The position numbers and the translations under genes were made by a program. A DNA stretch of 61,626 nucleotides, counting the filler, from Thelocarpon superellum (lineage: Eukaryota): assembly GCA_026025795.1 (NCBI GenBank). It is 10 parts of 10 records of this genome, joined end to end, with 100 filler letters (N's around TTAATTAATTAA, not from the genome) between each part and the next. Parts side by side here need not be neighbours in the genome. Positions count along the whole stretch, not along the records: positions 18,819 to 24,953 come from JAPEUG010000690.1; positions 25,054 to 31,176 come from JAPEUG010000691.1; positions 31,277 to 37,308 come from JAPEUG010000692.1; 7 more parts are not named here. The stretch is one strand, 5' to 3'. The notes beneath the pieces are model-generated. The model was not told the origin of the DNA, searched no databases, and saw only the letters and a list, made by a program, of their open reading frames with translations. Positions within the stretch are counted from its first letter, which is position 1; each line of letters opens with the position of its first letter. This document shows positions 24,258 to 34,712 of the stretch, one piece after another.

Positions 24258-24953
24258 TTAAGAAGAATAAGCGACTTCGACCCCCACAGAGGTAAACGGC
24301 TGATCTCTGCGACCGAGATGGAACGTACTTCCAAGCGTGAAGAGGAGTTCTTTGATGCGTCCTTCCCATAGGAGTCCGATCTGGCCCGTTGCGTCCAATC
24401 TGGCTTTTAGCACGCCTTGAATATCGTCGCGGTGTCTTCCTCCCCTTTTCCCTCCTTTCTCTTTCTCTTCGCTCCTTCCTTCTTCTCCCGTTTCCGTTTC
24501 TTCGGTCAACGGGAAAGGAGGAGTGTGGGGGGTGGTAGTAGGAAAAGATGACGAGAATATAGAGGATGAGGTCGACGCTGACGATGACAACGAAGAGGAA
24601 GACGACGATGAACCAGCCTCCCGCCATCGCCAAAGCTCACAACCAAACGAAACACCACTCTCATAACTATACGCATTGAAATCGAACCTAGAAGCGAGCG
24701 CCAGGTCCGGCGAAGCCTGGACGGCGTACGTGCAGCTCAGATTCCCCATCAGTGGGTTGGCGGTCAATGTCATGGTCAGGGGAAAGCCGGCGTAGTCTGG
24801 TAGTGTGGTCAGACGTAACCCTGTGCTCAGCCCGATGGTGGAGTTTAGGAGGCCGTAGTACAGTTCGCCTCCTGCGCTTAGACGCGTTGCGTGTTGTTTG
24901 GACGTGGGCGGTGTTGGAAACGAGGGGCTGGAAGGGGATGTGAGAGTGGAGGT
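24258..24953 (-). CDS. MDM10: Mitochondrial distribution and morphology protein 10 (ERMES/SAM beta-barrel), 3' part
   Basis: GELYYGLLN..GLSTGLR, TMTLTANPLMGNLSCTY, SRFDFNAYSYES, GCELWR, VLKARLD, GLLWEGRIKELL and terminal GVEVAYSS*. Confidence 0.92.
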   Translation of the reverse strand, partial: TSTLTSPSSPSFPTPPTSKQHATRLSAGGELYYGLLNSTIGLSTGLRLTTLPDYAGFPLTMTLTANPLMGNLSCTYAVQASPDLALASRFDFNAYSYESGVSFGCELWRWREAGSSSSSSSLSSSASTSSSIFSSSFPTTTPHTPPFPLTEETETGEEGRSEEKEKGGKRGGRHRDDIQGVLKARLDATGQIGLLWEGRIKELLFTLGSTFHLGRRDQPFTSVGVEVAYSS

Positions 24954-25053
24954 NNNNNNNNNNNNNNNNNNNNNNNNNNNNNNNNNNNNNNNNNNNNTTA
25001 ATTAATTAANNNNNNNNNNNNNNNNNNNNNNNNNNNNNNNNNNNNNNNNNNNN
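24954..25053. other. Artificial contig linker
   Basis: 44 N + TTAATTAATTAA + 44 N. Confidence 0.99.
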
Positions 25054-25675
25054 CTTGTGACGATAGCGGTGATCACGAAGACCGTTTATCAGCTCGAGAG
25101 CCCTGCATTGCACAGCGCGGAGGCGATCGGACTCAAGTATCCTTCGGGGTCCTTGGTCGCGAAATTTTTTGACACGCACACACCTTTTCGTTGATCCTGC
25201 CGCCTTGGGCGTCAGATTGAAGAAGAGTCACGGTCAAACCGAACTGCTCTATCCCCATTGTCACAGGATTCCGTTGTAGCGGCGCCGGCTTGAGTAGACA
25301 CATGTACATGCTGGCCACCATGAACAGAGAAGCACCGGCCAAGTGTCGTGGCGGTAATAGAATTTGAGAATAAAATAAACATTTTAATCTTGTCACCGAA
25401 TATCTGCCTGGTTTGACGGGCCTTGAAATATATGTACAGGCTACCGTCATCGTCACAAAGTTCAAAGATGCTATCGCATATCTTGATTTGTGTTCAAGTA
25501 TTCGAAGCTAGGGAAGGTTGTAGATCAACGTGGAGCCTAGCAATACCATTCTAAATACCTTAGGTGGCCGCGGAGACTCATGGTGGCTGATAAATCCAAC
25601 CTCGGCTGCGACGGCGTCACCGTGAGAGTCCCGTCACCACCAGAGGGAGGCCCATCCACTATCTGACCGCGCTGA

Positions 25676-25682
25676 TATAAAG
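25676..25682 (+). promoter_or_regulatory. TATA box of the glutaredoxin gene
   Basis: TATAAAA 130 bp upstream of the ATG at 25806, followed by a pyrimidine-rich leader. Confidence 0.6.
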
Positions 25683-25805
25683 TCCCCCATCTGCTCCAAT
25701 CCACCCTACATCCGGTTCATCGGCTCCATCTCATCCCATATATCGTTGCCCACCATTTCGGTCCTCCGCCGCTTCCTCTTCTCGTGCGCGAGTAATCCCA
25801 AAGCC

Positions 25806-26245
25806 ATGTCTGCCGCAAAGACCAAAGTCCAGGACATTATCAACAATAATGCAGTCGGTAAGTCCAACGTCGTCTCGCGAATCTCCACTCTGAGTTAAGA
25901 CTCTGAGTTAAGACTAATGTCTCGCACAATAGCCGTCTTCAGCAAGTCTTACTGCGGGTTTTCGCGGGCCAGCAAGGCTCTCTTGACGGAGCTGGGTGCC
26001 AAGTACTACGCCATCGAGCTTGATCAAGTCGGTACGTTTTGCTCATGATCTCCTTAAGATCAAGTGCGCTGACTATGATGGGCGCAGATGACGGCTCTGC
26101 CATTCAAGACGCCCTCAAGGACATTACGGGACAAACGTCAGTTCCTAACATCTTCATTCAGCAACAGCACATTGGCGGCAACTCGGACCTGCAGGCCAGG
26201 AAGGGTGACCTTCCGACGCTGCTGAAGGACGCTGGAGCCGTATGA
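25806..26245 (+). CDS. Glutaredoxin, class I scaffold with monothiol CGFS active site; 3 exons (25806-25857, 25933-26031, 26088-26245)
   Basis: Spliced: MSAAKTKVQDIINNNAVAVFSKSYCGFSRASKALLTELGAKYYAIELDQVDDGSAIQDALKDITGQTSVPNIFIQQQHIGGNSDLQARKGDLPTLLKDAGAV*. Canonical GTAAGT..TAG and GTACGT..CAG introns. Confidence 0.95.
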
Positions 26246-28721
26246 TGATCTCTACTAGTAGTGGAGTCGTACACCTTGTTGATATGTATGAGAGCAAAGG
26301 AAACGCACTGCAATAGGTGGATGCGAGTCGGCCACAATACCAAATAAACCTATCGATCTTGGCCCGCGCGTGCTATTCGCGTTCCTGGATACATCAAGCT
26401 CAGCCCATAGGTACCTTCCGCGAGAGCAAGGAGCCAATTCCGGATCGTAAATGCGCATCCCAGGCAGGTACGAAGTACGTCCACATGCTCGGCCCTTAGC
26501 GGTTGGATGATGTCAAGTGTTTTCTGAGGGTTATGCAAGCGATGAGACGGGAACAACTGCGAAATTTGTATCCTCTCCGATCATGGAGAAGTCATGAGAA
26601 CAGAACCAGATGCGTTGTCTATCCGAGGATCCACCGATCATTTGTGCCAGAAGGCAGGGGTAGGAGCCAAATGCATAAGCTGCGTGGTAGCCTCGGCATC
26701 ACCGCTACATCGCCTCGTTCGGGGAGTAGGTACTCCGGGGTAGGTTCCCCGGACTCGCTCCGGTACCTGTCCTCGTGGTTACTTTGGAGGGGCATGACAC
26801 CAGTTTCGTCAACAGACCACGTGATATTCTACTAACCCTACCGGCTTATGTTTCAATTTAGAAGATCATGGGAGACGGTCTGTCTTCGAGGTCACGACCG
26901 GCCATTTCGATCGCCAGGGACCATTACGAGAGACACTCCGTCGTCATGGACGGGGCACGCCTGACCATGGCGGCGCCAACAGGAGCCGGCTTATGCCAAC
27001 GTGGGGCAGGGTTGACGATAGGTAACCGGCTATCGACCGTCTATCGACCGCGCCTTGCTAAGGGTGGGCACTAAGAGACCGAGGGGGGCCGCGAGGTGGA
27101 ATCGTCCCAAGGGACCACTACGCACAATCGATTGCACGATGCCGCCCCATGACCTAGCGAGCTGTCGACAACGCATCTCCACGAATCAGATGGATCGGGG
27201 GGGTCGATACAACGCCGGTCAGGTTGCGGGTTGGTGCAGCACGTCTGTGCGAGGCTTCTTCATCCCCGAGGTTGATTCGCATATGCACGCTGGGCCCAGG
27301 TGCGGTTCGCGCTGTGGTGCTTGGGGCTGCAGGCTCCTAACGAATCATCGATCCCGCGACCGGACTAGCCCGACAGATGATCACGCCGAACCATGGCGGG
27401 CCAGTGGGAGCCACGGCTAGTTGCGCTGGCAAGACGAGCCATGTGCCCGAATGTGTGCCACAACTTTACCGTGGGGCAAGGGCCGCGCTGCAAGGGATGA
27501 GGGGTTGCCGACCAGTGGCGACGGCGCATGCTGACCAGGCTCTTGCAGCTCGGGCGTACTAGTACAGTACAGGGACCTCGCTGATTGCTGGAGAAGCCTT
27601 CGGCAAAGCCCCCATCCCAAGCCTTTGGCTCATGACCACTCAGGCGAAGGCATGAACGGCGCACGCTGCTGCAACACCATGATCTTGGTGTCCACGCCAG
27701 CGAGAACATGCACCAATACCGCCGCTCTCATCAGCTTTCACCAGCAGCGTATCCGGGGAGGGTGGAAGCGGGGCTGAAAAGGACGACGGGCGCTGTCGCC
27801 AGGTTCCGAAAGTTGTCGGAGAAGAGCAGGCAGCCACTTTTGGTCGCACCGACGGGGCGTAAAGAAGGCTCGACCTGTACGGGGGAGTACGAGGAGGAGT
27901 ACAGGTACGAGCAGGCAGATATTGAAACGAGGCGTAGGCGTGGGGAGACTTGACACACGGTACCGTAGAGGACGGCACCCCGCTTGCCGTGTCATCTGTC
28001 TCAGCTTATTGTGCGAAGTACCTGCAATGTTCACTGCGGCACCTAGCGGGGACCCGCGACCGTAGCCTGTAGCCGTAGCCGTAGCCTGCAGCCCGCAGCC
28101 CGCAGCTCGCCGTAGCGACGGTGGTCTTCGCGTTGCGCTCGTCGCTCGGCACCACCAACAAAGTCGCCTGGTGTGCAGCCGTAGGGCCACACCGCCTCAC
28201 TCCGGGGTGGGCATACGGTAGGAAACGAAGGGTGCTGACCGCCCGAAAGGGGTCTTACATGTAGCCCCGCTTCGTCGATTCCTTCCATATAGACACCGCT
28301 TCGTAAGTAACGCTCCGCATTCTCCATCTACGCGTCCGAGACTCTTCACAGTTCGACCTGATCTCATGCTCCGTGCCGAGGAAGTGTGATGCGTCGTCCT
28401 GGGCGCCGCGTTCTCGCCACTTGACCTCTACTCGCCCGGGCCAAGGTGCGTAGGCGCGCGACCGAGGATCAGTGGCGTTGTGATTCTCCCGTCCGGCCGG
28501 GCTACTCAATCCGGTTACCGCTTTGCCTTCCGTCATCACCTCCACCACTTCACCCCCAAGCCCCTTCACCCCGACCCCCACCTCCGAGCTGGAGACGGAG
28601 AGGTTCGTGTGCGCGTCCATACTCTACGGCCAAGCTTCGAGTGAACGACTGCTTTCCTCTTCGTCGCCAACTCGTCGACATGGAGCCGGGTCGCTGGTGA
28701 ACGCGCGCTGGAGCAGTTAGC

Positions 28722-30593
28722 ATGAACTCGCCACTCCCTCCCGACCCCTTTGAGGTCTTGGGTGTCCCTCGGGACGCCTCGCCAGCTGCCATCAAGTCGG
28801 CCTATCGAAAACTCATCCTTCAGACTCACCCCGACAAGATCCAAGATGAGTCGCTCCGAGCGCAGAAGCAGGATGAGTTTCAGCAGGTCCAGCAAGCCTA
28901 CGAAACCCTCAGCGATGACACGAAGCGACAACAGTACGAAGATCAAGTCAAACTGGCCAAACTGAGGAAGGCTGCCGCCGCCGACCCGTCTCGCGCCACC
29001 GGCTTCCGATTCGAAGTACGCACCGCTGGCTTCGACGTCCGCACCGCCGCCCCTCGGGAGTATGTGTACGAGCAGCGCAAGGCCAGTCGCTCCTTCGAAG
29101 ACGACATCGGATACTTTGCGGATCGATCCTCATCGAGGAAAAACGATCCCCATGGCTCGTCGCGTCGACCATCGCGCAGTTACGATGACCGAAAAGCGTC
29201 GCACACGTTCGAAGAGGAACGCGACCGTATCCGGATCGATCATGACCGTCAACGCGCCCACGATCGTGGTTATCTGTCGGAGCGACGGAAGAACCGCGAC
29301 AGAGATCGTCGACGAGAGTTTGACGAGAAATATGCACGCGCTTCCTTCGACGATGACGAGGAACTGGACCGACATCGCCACAAGATCGAGATGGACGAGA
29401 CGGCCGGTCGGCACCGACGCGAGGCGCGTCTGAGTGACGACTCTCTTCGTCGGGACTCGACGCGACGACGACACGATGAGGAGTTCTACGAGTCCGAACG
29501 TAAACTGTCAAACGCCCGCGATTACATGGAGCGATCGACTCGTGCCGTGACCGATGAGCCGGTCAGTCGGCCTGCGGCACCGCATCGGTCATCCACGACG
29601 CATTATCTTCGACCAGTCGCCCCAGCGCCACCGTCTCCCATCGAGGACACTGTTCGAAGATCTCGAGCACGAAAGTCGGGAGACCGTGAACGGTCACGCG
29701 GCGGAGAGCGACATCGCAGCTCACGGAAGGACTCATCCCGCGGACCGATTGGCATTGTCGACCCCCCAACTCACGATTCAAAGTCACGTGATGCGCCGAG
29801 CATGCCGCACTCAACGTCTTCCCCAGCAGCGCTCCGGGCTGCCATGCACCCCACACCCCGACGCGCTGAGACGATGGATTTCGCACGCGAGCAGCGCCCC
29901 GAGATACCACCCCTCCCCCGATCTTCGACCATGCCTGTCGGCGAACCGTCGTCCACTCGAAGGCGGGAGACAGCTACTCCTGGCTCGTCCAAGTTGAAGC
30001 CCGAACCATTTGATTCCGGCTATTCCAGTCCCGGCACACCAGACGCTGGTCCAGGAAGACGACACGAGTCCGAATACATCGTCGTCGAGGAGGCCGAACC
30101 GTATCCCTCTCGGTCCAGTCGACGTCATGAGGCATACGTTGAAGCAGATTCTGAGACCGAATCCGAATATGACATCGATCTTCGCGACATCTCTCCTCGA
30201 CGTCGGGCGTCACCGTCCACCCGTCCGACTCTCTATCGCGAGATTCCCACCAGCGGAAGGACCCCACCGATGCGAAGCGCATCGTACGCGTACGTCACGG
30301 ATCCGCGCGGACCTACTCTTGTCCGCGCGGACACCGGATCAACATCCCGCGGGTCACCCTCGTTTCTTCGTACCGGATCTGGCTTTGCCTCTCGCGGAGG
30401 GTCCTATCAATCAGGGGAGTCGAGTCATTCGCGGAAGGCAGGGTACCCAGACATGCAATTCTCGCCACGGGAGGTGCAGTTTTCACCGAAGATCAAGCGA
30501 GAGGATATTGTTTTCAGTCATGGCCATGGGCGAAGGGGTAGTGATGATTATCATCATAGCTACAGAGTTGATAGGGGTGTTAGGGTGGAGTAG
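28722..30593 (+). CDS. J-domain (DnaJ class C) protein with long Arg/Ser/Asp-rich disordered C-terminus
   Basis: DPFEVLGV..IKSAYRKLILQTHPDK..FQQVQQAYETLSD..RQQY with an intact HPD motif. Single 623-aa ORF. Confidence 0.92.
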   Translation: MNSPLPPDPFEVLGVPRDASPAAIKSAYRKLILQTHPDKIQDESLRAQKQDEFQQVQQAYETLSDDTKRQQYEDQVKLAKLRKAAAADPSRATGFRFEVRTAGFDVRTAAPREYVYEQRKASRSFEDDIGYFADRSSSRKNDPHGSSRRPSRSYDDRKASHTFEEERDRIRIDHDRQRAHDRGYLSERRKNRDRDRRREFDEKYARASFDDDEELDRHRHKIEMDETAGRHRREARLSDDSLRRDSTRRRHDEEFYESERKLSNARDYMERSTRAVTDEPVSRPAAPHRSSTTHYLRPVAPAPPSPIEDTVRRSRARKSGDRERSRGGERHRSSRKDSSRGPIGIVDPPTHDSKSRDAPSMPHSTSSPAALRAAMHPTPRRAETMDFAREQRPEIPPLPRSSTMPVGEPSSTRRRETATPGSSKLKPEPFDSGYSSPGTPDAGPGRRHESEYIVVEEAEPYPSRSSRRHEAYVEADSETESEYDIDLRDISPRRRASPSTRPTLYREIPTSGRTPPMRSASYAYVTDPRGPTLVRADTGSTSRGSPSFLRTGSGFASRGGSYQSGESSHSRKAGYPDMQFSPREVQFSPKIKREDIVFSHGHGRRGSDDYHHSYRVDRGVRVE

Positions 30594-31069
30594 TCGTAGC
30601 ACAACCAAGAATGAATATACAGACAAGGAACTAAGTGTTATCTTCACACAGAAACGTAGTTTGGATGATCTAACCCTAGTAATGTCATGGATGTACTGTA
30701 CTTGACATCTACGCAACTGTGACAACAAGGCCTACAGCTAGGCAGAAACAGCAGATGTAGTCAATGGAGTTGACTCTGTGGCTCCTAGGGCTCATAGACC
30801 TATGACTAGCCTCCTTGTGTTACTCGAGTTGAACACTGGGGCTCTGCTAGCTCACAGCAGGACTTGGTTTATATACAGCATGCCAGGTCATGTGCTGTAT
30901 CACATGATCACTCCTATCCTCGTGGCGAGGCATGGAGCTCCTGGTCTCACAGTTGTCTTTCTGGTGGCAAAGCCACTAAGTATCTTGCTTTTGAGTGTGG
31001 GGAGAAGGTGTAAGGGGGTGTTCAAGGAGGGACACAAGGGAGCGTCATAAGGGTTGGTAGGGTCGTTAC

Positions 31070-31176
31070 TAGGGTTAGGGTTAGGGTTAGGGTTAGGGTT
31101 AGGGTTAGGGTTAGGGTTAGGGTTAGGGTTAGGGTTAGGGTTAGGGTTAGGGTTAGGGTTAGGGTTAGGGTTAGGG
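31070..31176 (+). repeat. Telomeric repeat tract (TTAGGG)17 at contig end
   Basis: 17 perfect TTAGGG units at 31075-31176, preceded by TAGGG and degenerate units. The G-rich strand runs 5'->3' toward the contig end, the orientation expected of a chromosome terminus. Confidence 0.97.
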
Positions 31177-31276
31177 NNNNNNNNNNNNNNNNNNNNNNNN
31201 NNNNNNNNNNNNNNNNNNNNTTAATTAATTAANNNNNNNNNNNNNNNNNNNNNNNNNNNNNNNNNNNNNNNNNNNN
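31177..31276. other. Artificial contig linker
   Basis: 44 N + TTAATTAATTAA + 44 N. Confidence 0.99.
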
Positions 31277-31722
31277 AGTAGACACCTGGTGGCCAACATG
31301 CCGACTTGATCCGCTAGACGAGCTGTATCAAACCCGTCATCAAGCAATATTGAAGTCGTGGTGACACTCCCGGTCGTCTCTCTGGCAGGGGGCGAGTCAT
31401 CCGCTTAACGCTGGCGCCGTCACTCTTTCGCCGTCTCGGTCCTTTTCCACGTCTGCGTTCACGAACCACCCTCCCCCTTCTGCGCTATCTCTTCCCCCGG
31501 ACCCGGCAGCGAGCCCGTGCCCGTCTCTTTGACTTCCGGCACGAAACCCTCCCCCTCTATCGGCAGCAAGTCCAGTCACGCCTATACCGCTTCCTGATCG
31601 ATCGGCAGACGCAGAGACGACAGCGGCGCGCGGACGCCAAGGGCTGGACCCCCCTCTGGCGCCATCGACGCCACCGACTCAGCAGCCGCCTTGCAGAGGA
31701 TGCGGGCCCAGCGCGGAGGAAG

Positions 31723-34512
31723 ATGACGCCCGTCGGAACTTCGGAGGCAGGGGTAGGCGTCGGGCCCATGGCTCGGACCGAGTCGAGCATCAGTCTAGTA
31801 CCTGCCGACGGAAGAGATCGAGGGGCGCGCCGGCGCAAATTGGCTGGATATCTCAAGGCCGCCAACGAGCTCCGTCAGACATATCAGCAGTCCTACACCG
31901 CTCGTGGCCAGAGAAATGAGTCCGATGAGATCGACCCGGGCATTCCGGGTGCCTTCCCGGACGTATCTATCGTCCGCAGTGGCGACGAAGAGATGGTCCT
32001 CTTCCCCAGCTATGCACGGCGGCACGTCAAGAAGCCAAAGCCCGCCGAGATGGCCCCACGCGCGGAACCTCGCATTGGCCCGACCGGACGCCCACTCTCG
32101 ACCGCCGACGAGGCGGACTTCTGGCACGCTGAGTGGCAACGGCACGAAGACGACAAGGCCGTGGTCGATGTCGATGTCCGTGGCTGGATCTACGCGCCCC
32201 ATCGCGGGCCCATGTCGCGAAAGAATCGGCTCTTGATCGGCTTGGCGCGTCAGTTGAGCGGCATCCCCGCCCCAGCCAACACGCCACAAGCCGCGGGCGA
32301 CACCGGCCAGGCGAAAAGCTCGCGCCACGAGCAGCAGATGGTCGAGCGCGAGGCCGAATCCATCGTGCACCGGGGCCAGGACGAGGCGGAGGCCGCTGAA
32401 CGCGGCGAGTACAGCGAGCGGCCGGCGCTTGACCTCGACCAGATCAGCCTTCACAGTCAGAGCGACCGGCACAGTCGAGGTAGCAGCCCCGACACTGCGG
32501 CGAGGGGCCTGCGGCTTGGGCCCGCCAGGACACCACGCTCACGGAGCAAGAGCCCCTTGGCCTCTGATCAAGAGGACGCGCCCGAGGCGGGTGGCGTGGA
32601 CAAAGACAAACGCAAGTGGTGGAATCAGCCGGCCGAGATGAGCACCGAGGAGCTGGCTGTGGCCAACGCACATCTGATGTCGCGGTTGGGGCCCTTCTTG
32701 ACCGATCCCATCGTCAGCACCCCCGTCACCATCTTTTTCTACAACGCCGAGACGTCACAGTCTCGGTCGATCGTCACCAACGAAGCCGGGCACTTCACCA
32801 TCCGCGTCGCCTTGGACTTTGTGCCGACCGACGTGCGCGTCCTGGCCTCGGACACGCTCTCGGCCACGCAGGAAATTCGCATTACGGAAGCGCAAGGGGT
32901 CAGCATCATCAGCGACATTGACGACACCATCAAACATTCGGCCATCGGGAGCGGGGCCAAGGAGATCTTCCGGAACACCTTCATCCGCGATCTGCACGAT
33001 CTCACGATCGAAGGTGTGCGGGAGTGGTATGGTCGCATGTCCGAGCTGGGCGTTAAGTTCCATTACGTCTCCAACGCGCCCTGGCAGCTGTATCCCGTCC
33101 TAGTCAGCTACTTCGCCCTGGCTGGGCTGCCTCCGGGCTCCTTTCACCTGAAGCAATACAGCGGCATGCTCCAGGGTATCTTTGAGCCCGTGGCCGAGCG
33201 TAAGAAGAGCACCTTGGTGCGGATCATGCACGACTTTCCCGATCGAAAATTCATCCTGGTCGGAGACAGTGGGGAGGCCGATCTGGAGGTCTACACCGAC
33301 ATCGTCATGGCCAATCCGCGACGGGTCCTCGCCGTCTATATTCGCGATATCACCACCACCACGCCGCACCAATTCTTTGACTCGGCCATGGGCTCGCTCA
33401 ATGGCGACCGGAAGCAGGCTGAGCCCATCGTGGGCGAGAAGGGTCCGTCGGAGGAGCGGCCGGCGCTGCCGCCGAGGCCAAGCAGCGTGCCGTCGCAGCC
33501 GGGCAAGACGGAACCTCCCATGGGTCAACTGATTGACTTTGGCGACGATGCGCCAACGGCGAACCTCTCGCCGGAGCAGGGAGCCGGCTCGGACCTCTCC
33601 CGGTCACGGCCAAGCCAGCGGTCGCCCGGACCTGGGCGGCCGGCCAAGCCACCAAGGTTACGGAGCGAAGGGTCCGGCGGAGACGCCGACCACCATCCGG
33701 CCAACGATGATGTGCCAGACCTGAAGCCAGCAAAGAAAGGACCGCCACCCTTGCCACAGAAACCTCGGCGATATTCGGGCAACAAGATCGCCCCACCCAA
33801 CGTCTCTGGGCATGGCTCGACCGCTCCTCCTAACGCACCACCCAAGCCCCTGGACCAGGGTCCGCCGACGGCAGCACAAATGTCCCTTGCGCGACAGCAG
33901 AATTATCTTCCGTCCATGCGGCAAAAGATGACCCTTGCCTACAACAAACTGCCCTCCGCCGCGACGATTGTACAAACCCTCGCCGGTGAGATACAGGGCC
34001 CTCCGCCACCCCCGCGACCGAGCGAGTCCGGCAAAGACCGCGTCGCACCCAGTCCGCACACTTGGCAGAGCGCCACCAACACTGCGCCTCCACCACCAAC
34101 ACCCCGTCGAGGCCTCACTTCCTACCCAGCCGCAGCAGCGCAGTACGCCTCATCACGCATCAACACCGCGTGGAACAACGCGGCGGTCAGCTCGTCGGAG
34201 AATTCGTCCGTCTCCTCGCCCTCGTTGCAAGCCCAAGTCGGCGCGGGCTCCACCAACGCAGGCTCGACCTTATCGAAGAAGGAAGAGCTGTGGAAGCGGC
34301 GGTGGGCGCGCGCCAAGGACGTGCTCGAGGGCAAAGGCGTGCAGCTGCGGAGCTGGCACGTCGGCCAGGACGTCATGCATCATGCCGAGCTGCTGGTCGA
34401 GCAGGCCCTGAAGAAGGATCGCCACGTCACGGAGAGTCGCGGAGAATTTGGCGCCGGTAAGCGTCGTCCGGACTCTCCGCCGCGGCCGTCGACTTCGTCC
34501 TCGTCGTCATGA
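31723..34512 (+). CDS. APP1: Phosphatidate phosphatase App1 (actin patch protein 1)
   Basis: GVSIISDIDDTIK (DxDxT HAD motif), FHYVSNAPWQLY, LPPGSFHLKQYSG, FILVGDSGEADLEVY and Pro-rich C-terminal half. Start may be 31723 or 31768. Confidence 0.92.
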   Translation: MTPVGTSEAGVGVGPMARTESSISLVPADGRDRGARRRKLAGYLKAANELRQTYQQSYTARGQRNESDEIDPGIPGAFPDVSIVRSGDEEMVLFPSYARRHVKKPKPAEMAPRAEPRIGPTGRPLSTADEADFWHAEWQRHEDDKAVVDVDVRGWIYAPHRGPMSRKNRLLIGLARQLSGIPAPANTPQAAGDTGQAKSSRHEQQMVEREAESIVHRGQDEAEAAERGEYSERPALDLDQISLHSQSDRHSRGSSPDTAARGLRLGPARTPRSRSKSPLASDQEDAPEAGGVDKDKRKWWNQPAEMSTEELAVANAHLMSRLGPFLTDPIVSTPVTIFFYNAETSQSRSIVTNEAGHFTIRVALDFVPTDVRVLASDTLSATQEIRITEAQGVSIISDIDDTIKHSAIGSGAKEIFRNTFIRDLHDLTIEGVREWYGRMSELGVKFHYVSNAPWQLYPVLVSYFALAGLPPGSFHLKQYSGMLQGIFEPVAERKKSTLVRIMHDFPDRKFILVGDSGEADLEVYTDIVMANPRRVLAVYIRDITTTTPHQFFDSAMGSLNGDRKQAEPIVGEKGPSEERPALPPRPSSVPSQPGKTEPPMGQLIDFGDDAPTANLSPEQGAGSDLSRSRPSQRSPGPGRPAKPPRLRSEGSGGDADHHPANDDVPDLKPAKKGPPPLPQKPRRYSGNKIAPPNVSGHGSTAPPNAPPKPLDQGPPTAAQMSLARQQNYLPSMRQKMTLAYNKLPSAATIVQTLAGEIQGPPPPPRPSESGKDRVAPSPHTWQSATNTAPPPPTPRRGLTSYPAAAAQYASSRINTAWNNAAVSSSENSSVSSPSLQAQVGAGSTNAGSTLSKKEELWKRRWARAKDVLEGKGVQLRSWHVGQDVMHHAELLVEQALKKDRHVTESRGEFGAGKRRPDSPPRPSTSSSSS

Positions 34513-34712
34513 CTGGTGAGACGAACAGCAGATGGAAAGTACATGATGCAGCGTAGACACTGAAATCGATGCCAGCGGGCGGTCGTGGGATACCGGGTAC
34601 CATACACCATCGGAGAGCCTCTGTATTGTCTCATATCGCTGCAAAATCCACCCCGTATGGACTGTACATACATCTTCACGTCACGGCCACATCCAGATCC
34701 ACTCTTTTACCA

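Noticed and set aside
26055..26066. TAAGATCAAGTG resembling the 5' region of U2 snRNA
   Set aside because: It lies in a 56-nt intron and lacks the following GTAGTA branch-pairing sequence and the rest of U2.
13310..26245. Iron-homeostasis cluster (ferroportin plus CGFS glutaredoxin)
   Set aside because: The two genes are on different contigs separated by artificial linkers.
26832..26840. CTAACCCTA as a telomerase RNA template in the 2.5-kb intergenic region
   Set aside because: A 9-nt match is expected by chance in a window this size, and I could not identify a pseudoknot or P6.1 element. An Infernal search with a Pezizomycotina TER model would settle it.
34510..34563. Stop-codon readthrough of APP1 (TGA CTG context)
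   Set aside because: The extension ends ..QRRH with no targeting signal, and the context is not the strong TGA CTA motif.
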